Notes under the pieces: generated by a model | What the model was told of the DNA's origin: nothing | Databases searched by the model: none | What the model saw: the letters and a program-made list of their open reading frames with translations, nothing else | Program-made: the position numbers and the translations under genes | Virus record (IMG/VR): IMGVR_UViG_3300037851_000166 | Location: 1 to 29,193 of that record | DNA from: a virus | Lineage: Duplodnaviria > Caudoviricetes | Strand: one strand, 5' to 3' | Length of the DNA stretch: 29,193 nt | Shown: positions 18,418 through 25,787 of the stretch, piece by piece | Numbering within the stretch: the first letter of the stretch is position 1 | Layout of the letters: every line of letters starts with the position of its first letter

Positions 18418-18747
18418 ATGTCAAACGCCTTAAAACATCGGTACGACATCTACTTTACCAACGGGGCGAAGGTGTCCGTCTATCAGGAAACCAAGCTGTC
18501 GCTCGAACAGCTTCAAGGGCTTGTCGGCGGCTACATCGAGTTTGCCGACGGCGGCCGCTTCCCCGGCTTTACGGGATACAGCCTTTGCGTGGACGAGGAA
18601 GGCTTGCTGAAAGGCGAACCGAAAATCAACCCCGCCTTCACGATTAGGAAGGACGGCGTGTTGCTTGACGGCCTTGCCGGTACTGTCGTCGTCGGCGTTA
18701 ATGTCGAGACGCCGAAAGGCCGGGAGTTTCACGGGATAGCTAAGTAG
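18418..18747 (+). CDS. DUF3846-like protein
   Basis: LEQLQGLVGGYIE...VDEEGLLKG...NP motif. Confidence 0.8.
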   Translation: MSNALKHRYDIYFTNGAKVSVYQETKLSLEQLQGLVGGYIEFADGGRFPGFTGYSLCVDEEGLLKGEPKINPAFTIRKDGVLLDGLAGTVVVGVNVETPKGREFHGIAK

Positions 18748-18749
18748 CT

Positions 18750-18899
18750 ATGGGCAGGGCGCAACCCGGCTGTAAATGCCCGCATACGCTCTGTTCCTGT
18801 CCCTGCGTCAGTTGCGCCAGCCGGACGGACAGGTACAAGTGTACGGGCAAGGAAACCTTCAAACCAAGAACCTATGAAAGCAAAAGAACTAATCCTTAA
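18750..18899 (+). CDS. Cys-rich microprotein (49 aa, absent from the ORF track)
   Basis: MGRAQPGCKCPHTLCSCPCVSCASRTDRYKC...; TATG start 2 nt after the upstream stop. Confidence 0.55.
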   Translation: MGRAQPGCKCPHTLCSCPCVSCASRTDRYKCTGKETFKPRTYESKRTNP

Positions 18900-19080
18900 C
18901 CTGACGAACCTTCAAGACGGCGAGGCGGATATCAAGGTGGAAGTTCTGGCGGAACAGAACGGCCTCTATCCGCAATTCGCCCTTATTCACACGGACACCG
19001 GCTTGACGATTGCGCCGGTTGGCAACCCCGAAAACGCCTCGGACTTCACCGACGGCTTGGGGCTTGAACCGATACTATGA
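18874..19080 (+). CDS. Hypothetical protein
   Basis: MKAKELI..L N-terminus; ATGA overlap with the next gene. Confidence 0.7.
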   Translation: MKAKELILNLTNLQDGEADIKVEVLAEQNGLYPQFALIHTDTGLTIAPVGNPENASDFTDGLGLEPIL

Positions 19081-19685
19081 GCATAGACATCAACGAACCG
19101 TTAACGGACAGCGACTTCAGGGCGGTCGAGGCGGTAAGGAAGGAAGCCGAAAAGACCGTCGCCCTCGTAACATCGAAGGTAATCAGGACGCAAGCCGACC
19201 TGACCGGCTCAATCAATGTGCTGGCGCAAATCAACGAGAGCAAGAAGGCGGTCAAGGCCAAGAAAGAGGAAATCACGAAGCCCCTGAACGCCGCCCTTGC
19301 GTCAGTCCGGGCGTTGTTCGCCCCGATTGAGGCGAAACTGGCCGAGGCCGAATCAAGCTTCAAGGGCAGGGTGCTGGAATACAAGAGGCGGGTAGAGGAA
19401 GAAGCCCGCAAAGCGCAAGAGAAGATTATCGAGAAAACCGTCGCCGGTAAGGTCGAACAGACCGCCGCCATCGAGAAGATAGAGGCCGTTGGCGAAAGGG
19501 CGGAAGCGAAGGTCGAGCCTATCAAGACCCGGAAGGTCAAGAAGGTGTTCGTGCGGAACGCCGACCTTGTACCCGACGCTTATTGGGTTATTGACGATGT
19601 GCTTCTTCGGCACGACGCTCTGAACGGGGTGGCAATCCCCGGCGTTGAGGTCGTCGAGGAAGAAATCGTCGTGGCCGGTCGTTGA
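19077..19685 (+). CDS. Coiled-coil protein, Gp157/Gam-like early phage family
   Basis: EITKPLNAAL coiled coil; VPDAYWVID...IPGVEVVEEE C-terminus. Confidence 0.65.
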   Translation: MSIDINEPLTDSDFRAVEAVRKEAEKTVALVTSKVIRTQADLTGSINVLAQINESKKAVKAKKEEITKPLNAALASVRALFAPIEAKLAEAESSFKGRVLEYKRRVEEEARKAQEKIIEKTVAGKVEQTAAIEKIEAVGERAEAKVEPIKTRKVKKVFVRNADLVPDAYWVIDDVLLRHDALNGVAIPGVEVVEEEIVVAGR

Positions 19686-19686
19686 T

Positions 19687-19941
19687 ATGTTTCTTCCGAT
19701 TGAACACAACGGTTGCCAAATAGTTGATGTGGCTTGGCGGTCGGGCGTTATGACGGTCGGAATCGTGCTTGTCTATCTTCCGAACCAGAAATGGCGGGCG
19801 TTTATCGCCCCTTCGACAAACGGTTACGACGAGGAAGCGGCGGCTAAGTGGATAGCCGACAACGGGGCGGCTCTTTCGCCGAACGAGGCAAGGCCGTTCT
19901 TCCCGTTCAGAAACCTTAAAGACGAGGATTGGCACAGATAA
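19687..19941 (+). CDS. Hypothetical protein
   Basis: ATG at 19687, 1 nt after the upstream TGA; VGIV...WRAFI...IADNGA. Confidence 0.7.
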   Translation: MFLPIEHNGCQIVDVAWRSGVMTVGIVLVYLPNQKWRAFIAPSTNGYDEEAAAKWIADNGAALSPNEARPFFPFRNLKDEDWHR

Positions 19942-19945
19942 CATT

Positions 19946-20257
19946 ATGGACAACATAGACTTCAAAAAACTCGACGCTGGCAAAATGGCCGAAACAGCCT
20001 TATTGGTAACGGCGGCTTTTTGTAGCTTCAACGGCGAGGCGCACAGCCTTTTCTTCTTGCTCACGCTTCAAGGCCTTAATGAAATCTTGGCGAAGCACAA
20101 GGAAGGCACACTTATCGGCGTTTCGACATTTGAATCCGAGGTTGCCGTTACCGTTGGCCGTCTGGCGGCACTCGGCGTTATCGAAGTGAAGGCCGGGAAA
20201 AACATTGACAAAGCCGCCGTAGAGCGCATTACGAAAGGTCTTGCGTCCAAGTCCTGA
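19946..20257 (+). CDS. Hypothetical protein
   Basis: 103-aa ORF tiling between neighbours. Confidence 0.7.
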   Translation: MDNIDFKKLDAGKMAETALLVTAAFCSFNGEAHSLFFLLTLQGLNEILAKHKEGTLIGVSTFESEVAVTVGRLAALGVIEVKAGKNIDKAAVERITKGLASKS

Positions 20258-20258
20258 T

Positions 20259-20510
20259 ATGGGAAAACCGATACCGAAACCGCCGAAAATGACCAGCCGA
20301 AATGCCTTTATACTCCACAGGCGCAAGGCGGGCTTCACTCTGGCGGAAATCTCAATCCTTCTCGTAAAGGAAGGCTACAAGGCCGTGTGCCGGGAAAGGG
20401 TTAACCAAATACTAAGGCAATATGACCGATACCAACGCTACATCAAATACAAGCCGTTCAACGACGCTCGGAAGAAGCCCGTCAAGGCGAGTGCCGGGGC
20501 TTGTTCCTGA
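20259..20510 (+). CDS. HTH DNA-binding protein (sigma region 4-like)
   Basis: RKAGFTLAEIS...VCRERVNQIL; ATG at 20259. Confidence 0.68.
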   Translation: MGKPIPKPPKMTSRNAFILHRRKAGFTLAEISILLVKEGYKAVCRERVNQILRQYDRYQRYIKYKPFNDARKKPVKASAGACS

Positions 20511-21003
20511 AATCCTGTTCTACGCCGCAATCGTCGTCCTGCTCTTTTGGGCGGTCGGCTTTCTGGCCGTCGTTGACGGGTACGACCATAACCGGCAGAG
20601 GGCGGAAAAGTACGGCTGGCGTTTCCAGTTCTTGAAGGCCGTAAAATGCGTCAGGACGGATTCGGGGTTATACGGACTAAGCCCCGCCCCTTCCTGCCCC
20701 GCTACGGGCGTTGTAGGGCTTCCGGCGGGGGTTCAGGAAGGCCGGGCAAGCTGGTACGCCTACGACTTGGCCGGTGCGCCGGGCTACTCCGATACGCACG
20801 ATACGGCGGCAAGCCGGGACTGGCCGAGGGGTACGAGGCTGGTTGTCGAAAGACTTGACAAGCCCGATAAATCAGTCATAGTAAGGGTGAACGATTGGGT
20901 CGAGAACCCCGATGTGGTGATTGACCTTTCCAACCACGCCTTCCAACAGCTTGCCCCGTTGTCGCTCGGAATTATCCGGGTGCGGGTCAGGCCGATAGAT
21001 TGA
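20422..21003 (+). CDS. Membrane-anchored RlpA-like double-psi beta-barrel protein
   Basis: N-terminal TM helix; GRASWY, TAASRDWPRGTRLVV, VIVRVND, IDLSNHAFQQLA motifs. Confidence 0.85.
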   Translation: MTDTNATSNTSRSTTLGRSPSRRVPGLVPEILFYAAIVVLLFWAVGFLAVVDGYDHNRQRAEKYGWRFQFLKAVKCVRTDSGLYGLSPAPSCPATGVVGLPAGVQEGRASWYAYDLAGAPGYSDTHDTAASRDWPRGTRLVVERLDKPDKSVIVRVNDWVENPDVVIDLSNHAFQQLAPLSLGIIRVRVRPID

Positions 21004-21005
21004 CT

Positions 21006-21851
21006 ATGGAAAATTCGCTAATCCCCCGACCGGCAGACGGAAGCAAGCCGTACATTTCGTCGTCGCAGATAGGGACATATATCCGTTGCCCCGAACACTA
21101 CCTGTTCAGCTATGTCCTGAAAATCAAGAAGCCGCCCAACGCCGCAATGATTCAGGGGCGGGCAGTCCACGAAGCCATTGCCTTCGACTACAAGGAGAAG
21201 TTCAAGACCGGCAAGAACCTGACGACCGGGGTGGTGCTTGACTATTTCGGTGAGGTCATAGACAACGCCTTCAACGAGGTTGATTGGGAACGGGAAGAAG
21301 AAAAGCCGACCGCCATCAAGGACGGGGCGGCGGCAGTCCTGAAACTCTATCATCAGGAAGTCGCCCCGGACATCAACCCGCTTCTGATTGAGGAAGATGT
21401 GCGGATAGGGTTCGACAATGTGCCTTACGACCTTAAAGGCATAATTGACCTTGTTGACCTGTCCGAAGAAATCACGGACTTCAAGGTGAAGAAGCGGAAG
21501 CCAAACGCCGCCGACTTGTCCGAGGACATTCAGCTTCGGACTTATTCGGCGGGCTACCGGCAACGGTTCGGAAAGCCGGAAGCCGGTGTGAAGCTCCATT
21601 ATCTCGTAGCCAGTAAGACCAAGCCGGAACTGATTGCGCTTGACCCGTACCGCTACACGCCTGACGACCTTTCCCGGCTGTTCAGGACGGTGGCCTATGT
21701 GGTGAAGGCGATAAATTCCGGCATTTTCTATTGCGCCCACCCTTCCGATTCTTGGATATGTAGCGAGAAATGGTGCGGCTACTACGAGATTCACAAGGAA
21801 CTGGCCAAATACGGCCTTGACTACATCAAGGACAAGTATGGAAAAACTTGA
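21006..21851 (+). CDS. PD-(D/E)XK (RecB/Cas4-like) exonuclease
   Basis: ISSSQI..Y.RCP, GRAVHEAI, LKGIIDLVD, ITDFK, QLRTY, C...WCGY. Confidence 0.88.
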   Translation: MENSLIPRPADGSKPYISSSQIGTYIRCPEHYLFSYVLKIKKPPNAAMIQGRAVHEAIAFDYKEKFKTGKNLTTGVVLDYFGEVIDNAFNEVDWEREEEKPTAIKDGAAAVLKLYHQEVAPDINPLLIEEDVRIGFDNVPYDLKGIIDLVDLSEEITDFKVKKRKPNAADLSEDIQLRTYSAGYRQRFGKPEAGVKLHYLVASKTKPELIALDPYRYTPDDLSRLFRTVAYVVKAINSGIFYCAHPSDSWICSEKWCGYYEIHKELAKYGLDYIKDKYGKT

Positions 21852-22173
21852 ACGGATTAAGCGATTAGACGAGAAGGTGCGCTGGACGATGAAAATGTAC
21901 CCGTCCACCCGCAACGACGATACGGCCTTGACGCTCAAAATTATCGAGTGCTACCTTCCCGACCATATCCGCTTCGAGGATTGGGGCGGCACTTGGGTAA
22001 CAGCCGAGGCTATGTTCAGGGTCAGGGAAGATTGCGTGAAGCGGATTAGGGCGAAGATACAAAATATCGAGGGCAAATTCCTTCCCGACGACCCGGTTGT
22101 TCGGGCGCAAAGGAAACTGTCGCAACAGGCGTGGGAAACTTATTTAGCTAAATACAGCCAACTACCGATATGA
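21838..22173 (+). CDS. Hypothetical protein
   Basis: YPSTRNDD..L and RIRAKIQN..GKFLP motifs; ATG at 21838. Confidence 0.72.
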   Translation: MEKLERIKRLDEKVRWTMKMYPSTRNDDTALTLKIIECYLPDHIRFEDWGGTWVTAEAMFRVREDCVKRIRAKIQNIEGKFLPDDPVVRAQRKLSQQAWETYLAKYSQLPI

Positions 22174-22427
22174 AAAACCAGAACAAGAAGGCGGGTCAGT
22201 CCGAAATGGACGCAATGGCCGCTATCGCAATCAAGGGCGTTATGGGCTTCCTTCCGAAGCTCAAAAATGATTACGTCGTACTGCTCGTAAACAAGCGCAA
22301 CAACGAAACGCTTGACCTGACGGACACCTTCGCAAAGTGCCTCTTGGTTCTTTCGATGACGGCCTTCGAGAAGTGCGGGCTTGGCGGCAAGCCGGGCAAG
22401 AAGGCCAAGAAGAAGGCGAAGAAGTAA
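22170..22427 (+). CDS. Hypothetical protein with Lys-rich tail
   Basis: ATGA overlap with the upstream gene; 85 aa. Confidence 0.7.
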   Translation: MKNQNKKAGQSEMDAMAAIAIKGVMGFLPKLKNDYVVLLVNKRNNETLDLTDTFAKCLLVLSMTAFEKCGLGGKPGKKAKKKAKK

Positions 22428-22448
22428 GCATTAACCCCCGAAACCGTT

Positions 22449-23255
22449 ATGAACGAGGTCAAACCGAAAGTCGCCGTGTCCGTCTTTCAAATGCTGGACG
22501 CACTCGACGACGGGGCTATCCTGACCGAAATGGAAGGGCGGCTCACGAAAAATTGGGTGTACGCCTTCAAGCAGGGCGGCACGATGATATACGGGCTTGG
22601 CAAGGAAGGCGTTGACCAAGCTTGCCTGATTCTGGCGCAGAAGGGCTGTATCATCAGGGAAACCGGGGTCAAGTATTCCGTTGACCCGACCAACCCCGCC
22701 TATGTGCTGTTCGAGGCCACCGTTCAGAAGTTCGGCGTTACAAGGGACGGGAAGGAAATCCCTATGGAAATCGTCATCGGCCACAAGCGGCAATGTACGA
22801 AAATCCTTCTCCGCACCGGCGGCGCAATGCCCGACCCGCATTGGTTCGAGAAGGGGGCTGGCAAGGCGTTGAGGAACGCCCGTATGCGCCTGATTCCCGA
22901 AAACATCAAGAGCCAGATTATCGCCAAGGCCAAGAAAATCGGCAATGTCAAGGACACGGGCGTTGATGTGCCGGAAGAAGCCCCGCCGATTCAGGCGGAA
23001 GTAGCCCCTGCCGAGGTTGAAGTGCCGGTTATGGCCGAGGCCTCGGCGGTTCAGGAAACCGCCGCCCCTTCCAACGAGCAACCGGCGGAACAGCCAGCTT
23101 CGGGTCGTGGGAAACCAAGGAAGGCCAAGATTGCCGACTGCTCGAATTGCGGCGGTGCTATCACGGCACAGGCCGTCGTGGACTATTCGCAGAAGAAGTA
23201 CGGCAAGGTGCTGTGCTTTTCCTGCCAGAAACACGCCAACTCCGGCGAGATATAG
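22449..23255 (+). CDS. Putative ssDNA-annealing/recombination protein with C-terminal Zn finger
   Basis: EKGAGKALRNA resembles the Rad52/Sak helix; Pro/Ala/Glu linker; CSNCG...YSQKKYGKVLCFSCQ; near the exonuclease. Confidence 0.6.
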   Translation: MNEVKPKVAVSVFQMLDALDDGAILTEMEGRLTKNWVYAFKQGGTMIYGLGKEGVDQACLILAQKGCIIRETGVKYSVDPTNPAYVLFEATVQKFGVTRDGKEIPMEIVIGHKRQCTKILLRTGGAMPDPHWFEKGAGKALRNARMRLIPENIKSQIIAKAKKIGNVKDTGVDVPEEAPPIQAEVAPAEVEVPVMAEASAVQETAAPSNEQPAEQPASGRGKPRKAKIADCSNCGGAITAQAVVDYSQKKYGKVLCFSCQKHANSGEI

Positions 23256-23318
23256 AAACAAAAGCCGTTCCTTTGCTCTTTAACGCCTAAGTAACAGCAC
23301 TCTTTATTACCCGGCTTC

Positions 23319-23502
23319 CGCCTTCCGGCTTGTCCAGTCGGCAAGGCGTGTCGCCGGGGGTTCGCCTTGACCTGAACTCCGTAGCGCATTAACCCTTCGG
23401 GGGCGGTTTCGACCGTTGCTTCTACGGCTGGCAAGGTGCTTCCCCGGCGGCAGGGCGGGCGGCGCAATTCCGTGGGGGGTTATTGCGCCTTCCCGCTTGC
23501 CG
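23319..23502 (+). ncRNA. Candidate structured RNA (ncRNA or cis-regulatory leader)
   Basis: Three consecutive stem domains; the middle one is nested and branched with CCC-UUCG-GGG and CGGU-UUCG-ACCG loops. Confidence 0.55.
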
Positions 23503-23507
23503 ACCAT

Positions 23508-23747
23508 ATGAAACATTTCGATAGGCAATTTAGGAAGTTGATTGACCGGCACAAGCAAAGGCTTGGCGACCTTTTGGAGAAGATTGACGCTTCAAGGGAA
23601 CTGCTGGAAAGGAACGGCTTCACGCCGGGCGGCGACTTCAACCTTAGTGAACTGTACAAGACGGCTGACCGGCTGGCGTGGGCTATCAGGGGTTTCGAGG
23701 ACAAGCGGGGTTTTCCCCAAAGGAAGCACCGCTTATCCCCAAAATAG
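23508..23747 (+). CDS. Hypothetical protein (79 aa)
   Basis: CATATG start at 23508 right after the last hairpin; MKHFDRQFRKLID...; 3' end overlaps the DnaA-box-like repeats. Confidence 0.65.
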   Translation: MKHFDRQFRKLIDRHKQRLGDLLEKIDASRELLERNGFTPGGDFNLSELYKTADRLAWAIRGFEDKRGFPQRKHRLSPK

Positions 23748-23835
23748 GCCGCTTATCCCCAGTTTTATTAAGCTCATTTGAGCTTAAAACGGTCGAGTTA
23801 TCCACCGCCCTTACTACTACCGTATTTACATATAT
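23711..23835 (+). other. Putative oriC-like replication origin
   Basis: TTTTCCCCA 23711, TTATCCCCA 23733 and 23753, TTATCCACC 23798, then GCCC, TTACTACTA and TATTTACATATAT. Confidence 0.65.
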
Positions 23836-23901
23836 CGTCGTACCGTACCGTTCAGGTATAGTAGGACGGTACATAGTACGCCAGCCGGAATTTCGACGCT
23901 C

Positions 23902-23930
23902 TTGACAAATTCTTGCCGCCGTGATAGGTT
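23902..23930 (+). promoter_or_regulatory. sigma70-like promoter
   Basis: TTGACA-17 nt-TAGGTT with TGn extension, 20 nt before ATG 23951. Confidence 0.65.
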
Positions 23931-23950
23931 CAATCCTGACGATATTCATT

Positions 23951-24244
23951 ATGGAAAACAAGACATACAAGACTACCGATTTAGGCGAGGCGGCGACGCT
24001 TCTGACGCTTGGTTTCAAGCTGGTGCGCCTCGAAAACGGAGAACACCCCCGGCAAAGGGTTTTTTGTTTCAATAACAAGTTGCGCCAGATATTGACCTTG
24101 GGCGAGGCGGTTACGCCGGTCGAGGTCAGGCGGGCGTACATTTCCAAGAAGGTGTCGGTTGACGCTTTCACCTATTTTTCCAACAGCAAGCAGTTGAAGG
24201 CTATGATTCGGACGGACATACAGCAGTCTGACCTGAATTCATAG
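23951..24244 (+). CDS. DUF5659-like protein
   Basis: YKTTDLGEAATLLTLGFKL...VFCF...VDAFTYF...LKAMI; ATG at 23951. Confidence 0.75.
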   Translation: MENKTYKTTDLGEAATLLTLGFKLVRLENGEHPRQRVFCFNNKLRQILTLGEAVTPVEVRRAYISKKVSVDAFTYFSNSKQLKAMIRTDIQQSDLNS

Positions 24245-24278
24245 CCTTTTTGTATAGGTTTGTATAACTTCGCCTGAA

Positions 24279-24698
24279 ATGTATAGGTTTGAGGTCAAGG
24301 GCAACCCGGAGAACCCCGGCGGAAACCCGCTTCCGAAACTTCACACGACAAGGCGGCAGTTTTGGCTTGAAAAGTCGAAGCGGTACACGGCTTGGAAGGA
24401 TTATGTCGTCGGCAGTCTTTTCAAGGCGTTGGGGGACTCCGAGGAAGCGAAACCGCTTGCCCTGAACCTTGCCGTCAAGGGCAAGCCGTTGGACATAGGC
24501 GACGGCAAGGCTTCGATGAAAATTCTGATTCACTTCGGCAACCGTCATCACGGCGACCCGGAAAACATCTTCGGCTCGATAGCCGATGCCCTGTTCGTCA
24601 ACGACAAGCACCTTGTAGGCTCTTTCGACTATGTTTATTCGACCGGCCAAGGCCGGGTTGAAATCGAGATAAGTCTTTTAGGCAACGCCTATGCTTAA
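24279..24698 (+). CDS. RusA-like Holliday junction resolvase
   Basis: RYTAWKDYV and HGDPENIFGSIADALFVNDKH, corresponding to D.DN..K...DAL...DD with some catalytic positions diverged. Confidence 0.72.
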   Translation: MYRFEVKGNPENPGGNPLPKLHTTRRQFWLEKSKRYTAWKDYVVGSLFKALGDSEEAKPLALNLAVKGKPLDIGDGKASMKILIHFGNRHHGDPENIFGSIADALFVNDKHLVGSFDYVYSTGQGRVEIEISLLGNAYA

Positions 24699-25053
24699 CC
24701 CGTTCAGCAGGTTAATTCACAAGCGGCGGTTGAAAAAGGAACTGGACTACGCCGTATTCCTTGCCTCGTTCAAGATGTCGTTCATCGGGGTACTGGCCAA
24801 CGATGTCAGGCTGGAAGTGGCCAAGATTGAGCCGAAACTGGTTGATGTCAGCGCAAGGATTAAGGCTTTGGCCGAAAGCCACAAGCGAGAGGATAGGGAC
24901 GAATTGAGGCGGCTGAACAGCGAGAAGGCTGAACTGGACGGCAAGGTTTCCGCCTTGACCCGAATCGTTTCCGGCTATTCGGCGGAAATGTCGAAAGTGG
25001 CGCAGGACAAGGGGCTTAACGAAAACCGCCTGAAAGTCCTTGCCAAATTCTGA
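24691..25053 (+). CDS. Hypothetical coiled-coil protein
   Basis: 120 aa with heptad pattern. Confidence 0.7.
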   Translation: MLNPFSRLIHKRRLKKELDYAVFLASFKMSFIGVLANDVRLEVAKIEPKLVDVSARIKALAESHKREDRDELRRLNSEKAELDGKVSALTRIVSGYSAEMSKVAQDKGLNENRLKVLAKF

Positions 25054-25054
25054 T

Positions 25055-25780
25055 ATGGACAAGGGTGAAATCCGGGCGGCTTACGACAGGGTTGCGGCGG
25101 ATTACGACCGGCATTACGGCAAGCCGGTACACAAGGCGGAGAATACCGCCGTTTCCGTTGACCTTCATTTCCTAATCGGCAAGGACGACACGGTGCTTGA
25201 CATCGGAAGCGGGACGGGGCTTCTGCTTGAACTGGCGAGGTTAAGGCCGAAGAAGTACCTCGGCATAGACCTGTCCCCGGAAATGTGCCGTGTCGCCTAA
25301 GAACGCCATTTCTGGCACAGGTTCAGTTGCCTCGACTTCGACGGCGTGAACACCTTGCGGGGCGAGTTCGTGCCGGACAGGGCGGTGTCGCTTTTCGAGA
25401 GCTACAACTATTCGCCGGACTTGCGGAAGAGCCTCGTCAAGCTGATGACCGTCGTAAGCGCAAGGGCGAAGCTGTACATAATGCTTTCGACTTGGCGCAA
25501 CCGCTGGACGACCGACAACCATATCCTTGAACACGGCGACGACAGGGCGACGGAAATAGCCGCAAGCCGTGAATTCTACGATTCCGCCCGCATTCGCAAG
25601 GTTTTCGACGGCCTTCCGTTCACGCTGACCGGCATAAGGGGCTTCCAGTATTCCCGGCTTCCCGTCCGGCTGTACCGCTTCCGCCGCCTCGCCGGATTCC
25701 TGCTCTGGCTTGAAAGCCGGACGCTCGGAAGGCTTGACCCCGACAACGGGCGGTACATAATCGTCGAGGCTGAAACCTAG
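25055..25780 (+). pseudogene. Class I SAM-dependent methyltransferase interrupted by an in-frame TAA (25298-25300)
   Basis: VLDIGSGTG and GIDLSPEM motifs; the same frame continues after TAA (EMCRVA*ERHFWHRFSCLDF...AVSLFESYNY) to TAG at 25780. Confidence 0.85.
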
Positions 25781-25787
25781 TATTGAT

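Noticed and set aside
21006-21851. Cas4-like nuclease as part of a CRISPR system
   Set aside because: No repeat-spacer array or other cas genes; the context is a phage recombination module.
23319-23502. tRNA or hammerhead ribozyme
   Set aside because: No cloverleaf with D/T-loop consensus and no CUGANGA/GAAA core.
25298-25300. Genome-wide stop-codon reassignment
   Set aside because: TAA, TAG and TGA all end genes cleanly with tight tiling; only one internal stop was found.
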